From assembly GCA_016712675.1 (NCBI GenBank), contig JADJQR010000011.1:67946-131945 (forward strand): a stretch of DNA of 64,000 nt, given 5' to 3'. Position numbers and translations under genes: made by a program. Source of the stretch: a bacterium. Its GTDB lineage: Bacteria; Krumholzibacteriota; Krumholzibacteriia; LZORAL124-64-63. Under the pieces are notes generated by a model. It saw only the letters and a list, made by a program, of their open reading frames with translations. It ran no database searches and was not told the DNA's origin. Numbering within the stretch: the stretch's first letter is position 1; every line of letters starts with the position of its first letter. This document shows positions 43,784 to 53,574 of the stretch, in pieces.

Positions 43784-44614
43784 TTAGCGCAACTGGGCCG
43801 CGCGCGTGCCGATATCGAAAAAATCCACCATTTGGACGGCTTCGGCGTTGAACATAAAACCCCGCGACTCCAAGCCCACCTTAAAACCCTTGTCTTGCGC
43901 GAACCGGATAAGATGTTCGGGCAAGAGGCTCGACATGCGGAAAAGCAACCGGGCGTACGCATCGGGCAAACCCGATTCGGAGACCGGAAACTCGATCGGC
44001 GAAGCGCCCGAAGCGCTGACGTGCAAGTTGAACAACAAGACGGGTCCATCGGCGGTCTGAATTTGGCGGAGCTGCGCGGCGAGGGTTTCCGGATCGCCGT
44101 CCGTCGATTCGCCGTCGGTGATGTGCAAGACCGTGGGCGGATAGCTGTCCGGATGGGTGTCGCTCCACTCGACCAGCGCCTCCGCCGCTCGCGTGATCGC
44201 CCGGCACATCGGCGTGCCGCCGCTCGCTTGCGGCTCGAACCAAACCGGGAACTTGATTGTTTGCATGACCAATCCTCCCGCGCCGTCATCCACCTTTTTT
44301 CGGCGATCCTCGACCCGCAACGGCGAAGCCTCCAAAGCGGAAATGGGATGAAGGATGGCCGAGCCGAGCGGCCCTTGAACGCCGTTATAGGCGTCCTCGC
44401 CGCTGTAACCGATGACCCCGACTTCGAAATAGTCGCGCGTCCCCTCCGCCTTGGTGCAACGGGTGATGAGGGTGGCCAACGTCCGGTTGAGAACATCGGC
44501 GACGTGTTGCGCTTTCGAGCGCTCCGACGACATCGCGTCGGCCATCGATCCGGACTGGTCGATCAAAAAGAGAAACGCCGTCGGGTGGCTACGACTGATT
44601 TCCGCCGTGTACAT
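43784..44614 (-). CDS. TerY-like von Willebrand factor A protein
   Basis: MYTAEISRSHPTAFLFLIDQSGSM (MIDAS DxSxS), GGTPMCRAI and LHITDGESTD. GGAGGA lies 6 nt upstream of ATG 44614. Confidence 0.8.
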   Translation of the reverse strand: MYTAEISRSHPTAFLFLIDQSGSMADAMSSERSKAQHVADVLNRTLATLITRCTKAEGTRDYFEVGVIGYSGEDAYNGVQGPLGSAILHPISALEASPLRVEDRRKKVDDGAGGLVMQTIKFPVWFEPQASGGTPMCRAITRAAEALVEWSDTHPDSYPPTVLHITDGESTDGDPETLAAQLRQIQTADGPVLLFNLHVSASGASPIEFPVSESGLPDAYARLLFRMSSLLPEHLIRFAQDKGFKVGLESRGFMFNAEAVQMVDFFDIGTRAAQLR

Positions 44615-45256
44615 GATAAATCCTCCTTCGTGTCCGGCTTTTAACTCTATAAAGATCGCCGAAGCGTCTTTAAAAAAATATAAACCGATTTTCACCCGAT
44701 AAAAAAGAATCGACCGCAAAACATTTGACCGAGCACATCCGCAGCGTCGCCGCGAAAGGTGCGCAGCTTGAGGGTAACCGTCTATCAGGGCCGCCCGCTA
44801 GCGTTCCGGATCGCTGAAGGTTTTATCGGCGGTGAAGGCGATGACCGGCGCACCTTCGCCGGGGCCGGTCGGCTGGCGGAGGCGGCGCGCACTCTCCGCT
44901 CCAATCCCCGCGCGGAAACGGCGGAAAGTCGGCTTGACCGCCACTCACAACCGCTTTCACAATCCGCAAGCATTCGGGCAATGCGTGAAAAGCGCGTCGA
45001 AAGGGATGGAACAGTAATGGCGGATTGCAGCGGGTCTGCTTTACCGGTCGGGAGCTTCATCGTACGTTCGGCGTAACCCGCCGCCGCGACGCACCGCCCC
45101 GTTTTTTCTCGAATTAACCCAAAACGCCACCAGGAAAACCGTTGCCGGCCCGCCGGGCAAGGCCGTTAAATATCCGCTCGATCCGGGCGCCGGCGCGTCG
45201 GACAAACCCGCACGACACGACCCGTTCCAACAACTGCGCACTCCGAGACCGCAATC

Positions 45257-45502
45257 ATGGCCGTGGTGATACCCGACGAAACTCTTTTTGCCGCACACCT
45301 GACCGCGACGGAATTGAAGCGAGAATTGGCGGTGATGCTGTTCGAGCGAGACCGGCTGACCTTGATGCAGGCCGCCGAACTCGCGGAAATGAGGCCCATC
45401 CCTTTCCAGCACCTGCTCGCCAGCCGGGGCATTTCCCCCCATTACGACGTGCCGGAGCTTGAACAGGACATGGCCACTCTGCAGCGATTGGGAATGCTTT
45501 AA
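45257..45502 (+). CDS. UPF0175 family antitoxin-like protein (copy 2)
   Basis: MAVVIPDETLFAAHLTATELKRELAVMLFERDRLTLMQAAELAEM... Confidence 0.75.
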   Translation: MAVVIPDETLFAAHLTATELKRELAVMLFERDRLTLMQAAELAEMRPIPFQHLLASRGISPHYDVPELEQDMATLQRLGML

Positions 45503-45985
45503 TTGATCGTCAGCAACACCTCGCCGATCATCAATCTGGCCTGCATCGGCCGGCTCGACCTATTGCCCGCCCTGTTCGGCGAGATCACCATCCCCGAGGC
45601 GGTATTCCACGAAATTGCCGTTATCCAGCCGGGCGCGCCGGGCGCCTCGGAGGTGCGAGCGGCCTCTTGGATTCGCCGTCACGCCGTCGGCAACCGGCCC
45701 TTGGTGACCTCGTTGCGCTTGGAGCTCGACTCCGGCGAAGCGGAAGCGATCGCTTGCGCGGTGGAAGCCAAGGCCCGTTTGCTGTTGATCGACGAGCGCC
45801 GCGGCCGCGCGGTCGCCCAACGCCTGGAATTGGCCACCACCGGCTTGATGGGCGCGCTATTGCTGGCGCGCAAAAGAAACCTGATCGAGTCGATCCGCCC
45901 CTTATTGGACGACCTCCGCCATGTGGCCGGATTCTGGATCGGCGACGCCCTCTACTCGAAGGTGCTGCGCGATGCCGGGGATTGA
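45503..45985 (+). CDS. DUF3368 PIN-like toxin-like protein (copy 2)
   Basis: IVSNTSPIINLACIGRLDLLPALFGEITIPEAVFHEI...SGEAEAIACA...DERRGRAVAQRLELATTGLMGALLLARKRNLI. TTG start. Confidence 0.75.
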   Translation: MIVSNTSPIINLACIGRLDLLPALFGEITIPEAVFHEIAVIQPGAPGASEVRAASWIRRHAVGNRPLVTSLRLELDSGEAEAIACAVEAKARLLLIDERRGRAVAQRLELATTGLMGALLLARKRNLIESIRPLLDDLRHVAGFWIGDALYSKVLRDAGD

Positions 45986-46283
45986 TCTTGGAACATCGCG
46001 AATTGATGACCGAGCTGGAAATTCAGGCGCCGACACCGGCCACCGGCGCGCCCCACAGGTGTTGGCAATCTTCCGGTAGCCGCCGGCGCGATTGCGGCCG
46101 CGCTCGGCGGGGATTATCTCCTGACTTGGAATTGCAAACCTATCGCTAACGCCTATCGACGCGCCCGGATCGAGACCGTTTGTGGGGTGCTGGCTTTTCA
46201 ATCGCCGGTGATTTGCACGCCGGTTTAGTGTTGCGATTCGTGGGTCGACGTTCATTTCCGAAGGTCCGGAGAGGCACCGACAG

Positions 46284-47033
46284 TTATTCGGAATCAAAAC
46301 TTGTCAATGGTGGCTCGTCGTCTTGATCGATTAGGCTCTTCCCAGTTTGGGCCGATGCCGGCGCCTGAATTTCCAGCTCGGTCATAAATTCGCGCTCCAA
46401 CTCGATCATACTTTGCAACCGGCTCGCGAGCACGCTTTCCATTTTATCGGGATTGTTGAGGGCGTCGCCTAACGGACAGGGCAACAGGTGCGACTCAAGA
46501 AAGTCCTGTCCATGATCCTGAATCTTTCGTAACAGGGTGCGCGCCTGGCCAGGTTCTTCTCCAAAAACATTAAACATTCGATTGGCTGGGCTGGATCTCA
46601 ATGACGGGGAGCCAACCCAGAGGGTCCGCATGGCCTCGGGTCCATTGCGAGCGAAATCATCGGCGATGGCCGCCACATTTTTGTGCTCGCCGTTCGGCTC
46701 GACGACTCCGTGGCGAGCCAGCAGGCAAAGCAGGGTTCGCACTCGGGCACTGCGCAGATCATAGCGTTCGGGAAACGGCTCTGTCGGGGTATTCCAGGGA
46801 AGGTGCTCCAGCCTCTCCGGAACCGCAGATCCCTGCTGGGTCACCTTGCGAGCCTGATCGCGCAGTTCGGCGAGTACCGCAGCATAACGGGACGGGTTCC
46901 CCTGGCCGAACCAACTGGCAAACCCGGTCAGCCAGAGCCAGCGCCGCAGCAGTTTCCTGGCGGCTTCGCCGGGATTCGGGTCTTCCCCGAGCCAGGCGCT
47001 CAATCCCACCAGTTGCAAGCCATAGGGCAACAT
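46284..47033 (-). CDS. hypothetical protein, possibly the 5'-truncated C-terminal part of a larger gene
   Basis: 249-aa ORF with normal composition. No RBS or N-terminal domain is recognisable. AT-rich junk lies upstream. Confidence 0.35.
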   Translation of the reverse strand: MLPYGLQLVGLSAWLGEDPNPGEAARKLLRRWLWLTGFASWFGQGNPSRYAAVLAELRDQARKVTQQGSAVPERLEHLPWNTPTEPFPERYDLRSARVRTLLCLLARHGVVEPNGEHKNVAAIADDFARNGPEAMRTLWVGSPSLRSSPANRMFNVFGEEPGQARTLLRKIQDHGQDFLESHLLPCPLGDALNNPDKMESVLASRLQSMIELEREFMTELEIQAPASAQTGKSLIDQDDEPPLTSFDSE

Positions 47034-47388
47034 CCGCCGATTGTGTAAGCACAGTGATTCGGTATAGGCTCGTCATCGCCACAATATTCTTTTCTGTCAA
47101 TAATTTAGGAAAATTACGCTGACGTTCGCTGAGGTGCGAAATGGGCTTGGATTGACATGTTTTGGCGGGCAATTTGCCCCAAATTTGCCCCACGAGATCG
47201 CCCCGGAAACTGGGGCATAGCCTAGCGTGTGATGGCGTACTTTGACGGCGCTCGCCGGGGCTTCCCGCAGCACGTTCCAGCCTCCCCTACACCCTCAATC
47301 AGTTAGCCCTTTCCGCCCGTGGTTGGCGGAATCTTGTCACCTCCAAGATGTCAGAAACTGGTGTATCATTTCTCACTGAGAGGTTCTC

Positions 47389-47985
47389 ATGAACACGCTG
47401 CCCAAGACCATCCTTCTACAAGCGCGCTCCCTCCCCGAGGGCGGCGTACTGTCGCCCAAGGAGTTCTTGCACCTGGGTAGCCGGTCGGCGGTGGATCAGG
47501 CGTTCTCGCGTCTCGCCAAGGCCGGCACGCTGCTGCGCGTGGCGCGGGGCGCCTATGCCGCCCCAATCTCCAGCCGCTTCGGCTCGCGCGCTCCCGCGCC
47601 CGAGAAGGTCGTCAAGGCTCTAGCCGAACAAAGCGGCGAAATCGTCGTGCCGCACGGCGCCAACGCGGCCAATGCGCTGGGCCTGACGCAGCAGGTGCCG
47701 ATCCGCGAGGTCTATCTGACATCCGGCCGGACCCGCAAGCTGAAGCTCGGGCGTTCCGAGGTGCTGGTGAAGCATGCGCCGCGCTGGATGCTCGCCCTGG
47801 GCACGCGACCGGCTGGCGCGGCCGTGCGCGCGCTGGCCTGGATCGGACCCACACACGCCGGCCAGTCGCTGGCATCGCTGCGCCGTACCCTTCCCCGTTC
47901 CGAATGGCAGGCGCTGGCCGCGGCACGTGCGACGCTGCCCGGCTGGATGGCACAAGCCATCGGCGAGGAAGCCGCGCGTGGCTGA
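47389..47985 (+). CDS. abiEi: AbiEi-type (type IV TA) antitoxin
   Basis: GVLSPKEFLHLGSRSAVDQAFSRLAKAGTLLRVARGAYAAP is the AbiEi wHTH pattern. It overlaps the AbiEii start. Confidence 0.75.
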   Translation: MNTLPKTILLQARSLPEGGVLSPKEFLHLGSRSAVDQAFSRLAKAGTLLRVARGAYAAPISSRFGSRAPAPEKVVKALAEQSGEIVVPHGANAANALGLTQQVPIREVYLTSGRTRKLKLGRSEVLVKHAPRWMLALGTRPAGAAVRALAWIGPTHAGQSLASLRRTLPRSEWQALAAARATLPGWMAQAIGEEAARG

Positions 47986-49000
47986 GTATTTCTTTGACCT
48001 GAGCAAGAAGGATCAACGCGAAGCGCTGGAATACGGGCGAGCCGAAACCGGCCGCCCCGTCCACTTGCTCGAAAAGGACGTGTGGGTGGTGTGGACACTG
48101 CGTGCCTTGTTCGAGTCGCCACTGTCGGCCCACTTGACCTTCAAAGGCGGCACGTCGCTGTCGAAGGTCTACAAGGTCATCGACCGCTTCTCCGAAGACA
48201 TCGACCTGACCTACGACATCCGAACGCTGATCCCGGACCTGATCGGCGAAGGCGGCGAGCTGCCGGCAAGCCGCAGTCAGGCTGGCAAATGGACGCAAGC
48301 TGTGCGGCATCGACTGCCGACCTGGATCACGCAAGACGTGCAGCCAGTGATTCAAGCGGCGTTGGCCCATGAGCGATTGAGCGCACGACTTGAACTCGGC
48401 GGCCAAGACAACGACAAACTGCTCTTGCACTATCCTGCTCAGGCACAGGGCACGGGATACGTGGCACCTGTCGTCACCTTGGAGTTCGGCGGCCGAGCCA
48501 CTGGCGAGCCGCATCAGGTATTCCCGGTCGCTTGCGACATCGCGGCCCACCTGGCCGCCGTGTCTTTCCCCGTCGCCTCACCACTGGTTATGAGCGTCGC
48601 GCGGACCTTTTGGGAGAAGGCTACGGCTGCGCATGTGTTCTGCGCGCAAGGCCGCATCCGCAGCGAACGCTATGCGCGGCACTGGCACGACCTGGCCGCG
48701 ATCGCTCGAAGCCCTCATTTCGCAGCCGTGATCGCGGATCGTGCGGTGGCCGCCGCCGTCGCCCGCCACAAGTCGTATTTCTTCATCGAGAAGGATGCGG
48801 ATGGCCGAGTCATCGACTACGGGGCCGCGACCACGGGGCATCTGAAAATCGTCCCCGAAGGCGAGGCTAAGGCAGCTCTCGCCAAGGACTACGCGGCCAT
48901 GCTGGCAGACGAAGTGATGGTGGGCGATGCCCTATCCTTCGATGAACTGTTAAAGGCATGTGCTGACCTGGAAGCCAAGGCGAACAGGGCTGCCGTGTAG
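47978..49000 (+). CDS. abiEii: AbiEii/DUF1814 nucleotidyltransferase toxin
   Basis: LTFKGGTSLSKVYKVIDRFSEDIDLTYD is the signature NTase motif. The GTG start at 47978 overlaps the abiEi stop. Confidence 0.8.
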   Translation: MAEYFFDLSKKDQREALEYGRAETGRPVHLLEKDVWVVWTLRALFESPLSAHLTFKGGTSLSKVYKVIDRFSEDIDLTYDIRTLIPDLIGEGGELPASRSQAGKWTQAVRHRLPTWITQDVQPVIQAALAHERLSARLELGGQDNDKLLLHYPAQAQGTGYVAPVVTLEFGGRATGEPHQVFPVACDIAAHLAAVSFPVASPLVMSVARTFWEKATAAHVFCAQGRIRSERYARHWHDLAAIARSPHFAAVIADRAVAAAVARHKSYFFIEKDADGRVIDYGAATTGHLKIVPEGEAKAALAKDYAAMLADEVMVGDALSFDELLKACADLEAKANRAAV

Positions 49001-49036
49001 CGACAACAAGATCAACAAGGACTGCTTGGGGGAGCC

Positions 49037-50872
49037 ATGCGTGTTTCGCGATTGCAGATAGATAACTTCCGCGGCATCAAGAAGGCGGAGCTTCATTTTT
49101 CAGGGCATACGCTTCTGATCGGCGGCAACAATGTCGGCAAGAGCACGATCTGCGAAGCACTCGATCTTGTGCTTGGCCCGGATCGCCTGAATCGAACACC
49201 CCCCGTTGAGGAGTTCGATTTCCGCAATGCAGGCTATCTAAGCGAAGACGGCGAAACACCCATTTCTATCCGCATCGAAGTTGTCCTCGCCGATCTCACC
49301 GACGATATCAAGAAGCTCTGCGCAGCCAACCTGGAGTTCTGGCACAAGGCTGACAAGCGCCTTCTCGGCGAAGGCGAGATTGGCAACGCCGACGATCCCA
49401 ACGTGGAACTCTGCCTTCGCCTGATCACGGTCGCCCAATACGACATCGAAGAAGACCAGTTCTTCGCCAAGACGATCTACGGCCGAAACGACGACGATGA
49501 TGCCGCCGATCCCAGGTCGATCCCCACCAAGGTCAAGCGAGCGATAGGCTTCCTTTACCTACGCACCATCCGTACCGGCTCGCGTGCATTGAGCCTGGAG
49601 CGCGGCACGCTGCTCGACAACATCCTGCGGATGAAAGAAGCCCGCAAAGGGATGTGGGAGAGCATCCGTCGCCGACTGGCAACCCTCAATCCACCGATAG
49701 ACGCCGACGCCACGGAGCTGGGGCCGATCCTGGATGAAATCGAGGCCCGGCTGGCGGAGTACATCGCACCTGGCGGCGCGGGCCGCTCGACCCGCCTGTT
49801 CGTCTCGCAACTCACGCGCGAGCACTTGCGGAAGACCATCGCCTTCTTCCTGACGATGGGCCGCGGCGAGGAAGCCGTGCCGTTCCAGCAGGCCGGCAGC
49901 GGAACGCTGAACACGCTTCTGCTGGCACTGCTGACCTTCATCGCCGACCTCAAGAAGGACAACGTCATCTTTGCGATGGAAGAACCCGAGATCGCCCTCC
50001 CACCCCACACGCAGCGGCGGATTGCGAACTACCTTCTCGAAGAAACCTCGCAGTGCTTCGTCACATCGCACTCGCCCTACGTCATCGAACGATTCGAGCC
50101 TGACGGGATTCTGAAACTCAACCGCGACGAACAAGGCACGTTGACCGGCACAGCGATCAAGCTCCCCGCCGGAATGAAGGCCAAGAACTATCGACAGAAC
50201 TTCCGCCGGGCCATCGCGGAAGCCATGCTCGGCCAAGGCGTGATCGTCGGCGAGGGCATCACCGAACAAGATGCCTTGCTGGTGGCTGCACAGAGGATGG
50301 AAGACAACGACCCTGCCCTGGTTCCCTTGGACGTGGCCGGCCTATGCGTCATCAACGCTGACGGCGACGGGAATCTGGAGAAACTGGGGGCCTTCTTCAA
50401 GGAGATCGGCACGCCGGCCTTTGCCTTCTTCGATCGCAAGAAACGCACGGATGCGGAAGTCACTGCCCTGCAGAGCAGCTACATGGTAGCCAAGGAAATC
50501 CAGCAAAAAGGCGCCGAGGTGCTGATGGCCGAAGAAACGCCGCTGGATCGCCAGTGGCAGTATCTGGACGCTCTGCGCGCCGAGGACACCGATGGCCGGT
50601 TCGGGATTCCGGCAGTCCGCCCTGCTGACGACGAACTACGCAAGCTGACCACCTCCACGCTGAAAGGCCTAAAAGGTGAAGGCGGCGCGGCGAAGCTGCT
50701 GCAACTCTGTTCTGTGGCTGAGTTGCCCAAGACCATCACCGACTTCCTCGCCGACATCTATCAACGCTATCCGAAGCCAAAGCGCAAGGAAGTACCTGCC
50801 CCGCCAGCCGAGGCCCACGTAGACGCGGCAGGTAACAACGAGGCAACGGCCGACGACTCCGAGGAACTCTAG
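49037..50872 (+). CDS. gajA: OLD-family ATP-dependent nuclease (ABC ATPase + Toprim), GajA-like
   Basis: MRVSRLQIDNFRGIKKAELHFSGHTLLIGGNNVGKSTICEAL, Walker B FAMEEPEIALPPH, SHSPYV, and Toprim VIVGEGITEQD...INADGDGN. Confidence 0.8.
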   Translation: MRVSRLQIDNFRGIKKAELHFSGHTLLIGGNNVGKSTICEALDLVLGPDRLNRTPPVEEFDFRNAGYLSEDGETPISIRIEVVLADLTDDIKKLCAANLEFWHKADKRLLGEGEIGNADDPNVELCLRLITVAQYDIEEDQFFAKTIYGRNDDDDAADPRSIPTKVKRAIGFLYLRTIRTGSRALSLERGTLLDNILRMKEARKGMWESIRRRLATLNPPIDADATELGPILDEIEARLAEYIAPGGAGRSTRLFVSQLTREHLRKTIAFFLTMGRGEEAVPFQQAGSGTLNTLLLALLTFIADLKKDNVIFAMEEPEIALPPHTQRRIANYLLEETSQCFVTSHSPYVIERFEPDGILKLNRDEQGTLTGTAIKLPAGMKAKNYRQNFRRAIAEAMLGQGVIVGEGITEQDALLVAAQRMEDNDPALVPLDVAGLCVINADGDGNLEKLGAFFKEIGTPAFAFFDRKKRTDAEVTALQSSYMVAKEIQQKGAEVLMAEETPLDRQWQYLDALRAEDTDGRFGIPAVRPADDELRKLTTSTLKGLKGEGGAAKLLQLCSVAELPKTITDFLADIYQRYPKPKRKEVPAPPAEAHVDAAGNNEATADDSEEL

Positions 50873-50875
50873 ATC

Positions 50876-52651
50876 GTGGCCCTGGTCATCTGCGCGAAGC
50901 GACAAAGCATTCTCGACGAGGACGGTGCCATCCTCGTTACGGGTTGCCCAGGCAGCGGCAAGACGACCATCGCATTGGCCAAGGCCAGACTCATCATCGA
51001 ACGGGGTTTGTCATCTGGTCAATCAGTCCTTTTTCTCAGCTTTTCGCGCGCCGCCGTTGCGCGCGTTGTCGAGGCGAGCAAGACGCAGTTGCCCGCCGCT
51101 CTGCAAAGCAAACTGTCAATTCAAACCTTCCATTCGTTCTTCTGGCGCATCTTGCAGGCTTATGGATACCTGCTCGGCACCCCGCGGTCGTTGCGGCTAC
51201 TGATGCCTCACGATGAGGCCGCGATGCGGCACGAGTTCGAGAACAGCGGTGGCGATTGGAACGTGGAGCGCGAGCGTCTGTTCCGAGAGAGAGGAATGGT
51301 CGCGTTCGACCTGTTCGCCCCAAAGGCTCATGAGCTACTTTCCCGAAGCGCGCGTCTGCGAGAACTTTTCTCGTCGTGCTTTCCGCTGATTGTTGTGGAT
51401 GAGGCGCAAGACACCGCAGAAGATCAGTGGCAATGCGTCCGGCTGCTATCCGCCGGCACTCAGATGATGTGCCTCGCTGACCTGGACCAGCAAATTTACG
51501 ATTTCAGGCCAGACGTCAGCTCAGACCGGGTGACGCACATCATGGCTGCCCTGAAACCGCTGCAAGTGGATCTGGCGGGCGAGAATCACCGAAGCCCTGA
51601 CTCAGAGATTGTCGCCTTTGCCAACGACGTGCTACTGAATACACCGCGAGGAGCAGCCTACCGAGGTGTGTCGCGCATGAACTATCGCGCCAATCGAGAA
51701 TATCGTGACCGCGCGATCCGCCAGTCAATTGGAATCGCTATCCAGCGCGCCAAGGAGGCGGCTCAGGGCGACATCGAGAGCGTAGCCGTACTGGCGACAT
51801 GGGGGCGCGGTGTCAACGTCATCTCCCGCGCACTGACCGGCGATGGTACGAACCTGATCCCGCATCGGGTGATGATCGACGAAGCATCAGTGCTGCTTTC
51901 CAGTCGCATGGTGGCGTTCATGCTGGAGCCGCGCAGACCAGCAGCGGATGAGCTGTTGGAACTGGCCGATGGGCTTGATCTTGCAGCGACGGTCTTTCGG
52001 GCGCGAGGCGGAAACACTAACCTTGCTACGGCACAGCGGTTGGCAGCGAGCGCGATACAAGGCCGCGGCGGAACTTCCCCTCGCGCTAACGGAGTGGCAT
52101 CCAAGCTCTTGGATGCACTGCGCACACTGCGTACCCACGAGTTCACAGGAGAACCGAAGCGCGATTGGCTGGACGCGCGCAGCATCCTCCGCAACGCGGG
52201 TGCCAACCCATTTCAATCCATTGCCGAGGATGCCGAACAGCTTGTCGCTTTTCAGCGCGGTCGCCGCATTTCCGCGGCGCTGACCGAACTCTGGCAGACG
52301 AAGGGAGCCTATCGAAACGCCCGCGGCGCGCTCGATGCGGCGATTGCCGAAGACCAGCTGCTGTCTGGCGGAACCGACCTGAGAGACATCCACGTCATGA
52401 CCATCCACAAGTCGAAGGGCAAAGAGTTCGACGCGATCATCATCTTCGACAATTCCCAAAGCAGCCCGCTGCTTTCTCCTCGTGAGTCAGCGCCCCATCC
52501 ACGCAGCCGCAAGCTGGTGCGCGTCGGGATCACTCGCGCCCGACATCACGTTTTGATGCTGTGCGATGCCTATACACCAACCCTCCTGCTGCAAGGCCAT
52601 AGACTGCGTTGCTGTCTTGAAGCCGTAGCAACGCGACTACTTCTGCTCTGA
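50876..52651 (+). CDS. gajB: UvrD/PcrA-like superfamily 1 helicase, GajB-like
   Basis: ILVTGCPGSGKTTIA, LIVVDEAQDT and MTIHKSKGKEFDAIIIF...VGITRARHHV. It starts immediately downstream of the OLD nuclease gene. Confidence 0.75.
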   Translation: MALVICAKRQSILDEDGAILVTGCPGSGKTTIALAKARLIIERGLSSGQSVLFLSFSRAAVARVVEASKTQLPAALQSKLSIQTFHSFFWRILQAYGYLLGTPRSLRLLMPHDEAAMRHEFENSGGDWNVERERLFRERGMVAFDLFAPKAHELLSRSARLRELFSSCFPLIVVDEAQDTAEDQWQCVRLLSAGTQMMCLADLDQQIYDFRPDVSSDRVTHIMAALKPLQVDLAGENHRSPDSEIVAFANDVLLNTPRGAAYRGVSRMNYRANREYRDRAIRQSIGIAIQRAKEAAQGDIESVAVLATWGRGVNVISRALTGDGTNLIPHRVMIDEASVLLSSRMVAFMLEPRRPAADELLELADGLDLAATVFRARGGNTNLATAQRLAASAIQGRGGTSPRANGVASKLLDALRTLRTHEFTGEPKRDWLDARSILRNAGANPFQSIAEDAEQLVAFQRGRRISAALTELWQTKGAYRNARGALDAAIAEDQLLSGGTDLRDIHVMTIHKSKGKEFDAIIIFDNSQSSPLLSPRESAPHPRSRKLVRVGITRARHHVLMLCDAYTPTLLLQGHRLRCCLEAVATRLLLL

Positions 52652-52864
52652 CCACTTTCGGCGAAAGCCTCGATCCCTTGCCATGAACGCCTCCAGCATG
52701 TGCGGGATCAGCGTGACGGCATCGACCGCTTCGCCATACGCCTGCGCGTGCAGCGCGGCGTAGCGGTCGAGGTCGGCTTTCAGACTGGCCGGGCACGCGA
52801 AGGTCAGCTTGATGCTCTCGGTCTTGGGCAGCGGCCCCAGGCGCAGCTTCTTGGTTGTGCTCAT
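52637..52864 (-). CDS. DUF2274 family protein
   Basis: KLRLGPLPKTESIKLTFACPASLKADLDRYAALHAQAYGEAVDAVTLIPHMLEAFMARDRGFRR. This family normally follows trbI at the end of Tn4371-type T4SS clusters. Confidence 0.7.
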   Translation of the reverse strand: MSTTKKLRLGPLPKTESIKLTFACPASLKADLDRYAALHAQAYGEAVDAVTLIPHMLEAFMARDRGFRRKWSEQK

Positions 52865-53560
52865 CGTGCAGTCCCCCGGTTGAAGAACAACGGCTGATAG
52901 GGCCGCAGCACCAGATCGCGCTTGACGATGATGCGCACCGGCAGGCCTGGCCGCTCGGTCAAGGTCGGCTGGACGTTAAGTTTGCGCCGGGTCACTTCCT
53001 GCCCGACTTGGTTCACGCTGTCCTGCAAGCTGTCCCGCCCGGCGATGATGACGCGATTGCCATCCTGCCGGTTCTCCGGCGCAGCCAGCTCGGCGCTGAC
53101 GCCCAGCAGCGTCGTGAGTGTGCCGCGCCGGCGAAGATGCGATCCCAATGCCAATCGACACCATCCTCCAGGCCGGCGTAGTCGGCCGGATCGGTGCCCA
53201 TAAGGTTGTCGAGCGCCGGCGAAGACGTGTCCGGCAGGATGACGCGGTTCCACAACACCTGCACCCGGCTTTGCCCGTAGCTGACCTGGCTATTGTAGCG
53301 CCCGAAGATGCGCGAACCCTGCGGGATCAAGAGGAAGCGCCCGGTCGCTGTGTCGTAGACCGGCTCCGTCACCGTGGCGATCACGTCGCCCGGCAAGTCC
53401 GACTTGATGCCCGTGACCAGCGCGCCGGCGATCCCCGTGCCGGCCATGACCTGGTACGGCGACGCGGGCAGCGTCAGACTCCCAGAATTACGGGTTTCCG
53501 TGGTTCCGCCTTTCTGGAACGCCTCTTTCTGGTCTTGCCGGTTCTGCTGAGAAGTCGGGT
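52861..53560 (-). pseudogene. trbI: trbI/virB10 remnant (N-terminally truncated, frameshifted)
   Basis: Two frames together read ...YQVMAGTGIAGALVTGIKSDLPGDVIATVTEPVYDTATGRFLLIPQGSRIFGRYNSQVSYGQSRVQVLWNRVILPD...YAGLEDGVDWHWDRIF // LLGVSAELA...RDSLQDSVNQVGQEVTRRKLNVQPTLTERPGLPVRIIVKRDLVLRPY. The frame break is near 53130. Confidence 0.7.
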
Positions 53561-53574
53561 CGGCCGGCTGACGG

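Noticed and set aside
44720-45256. ORFs 44759..45076 + and 44785..45060 - in the gap between the TerY-type triad and the UPF0175 gene.
   Set aside because: They have no RBS, odd composition, and they overlap each other. I treated the gap as non-coding promoter or junction sequence.
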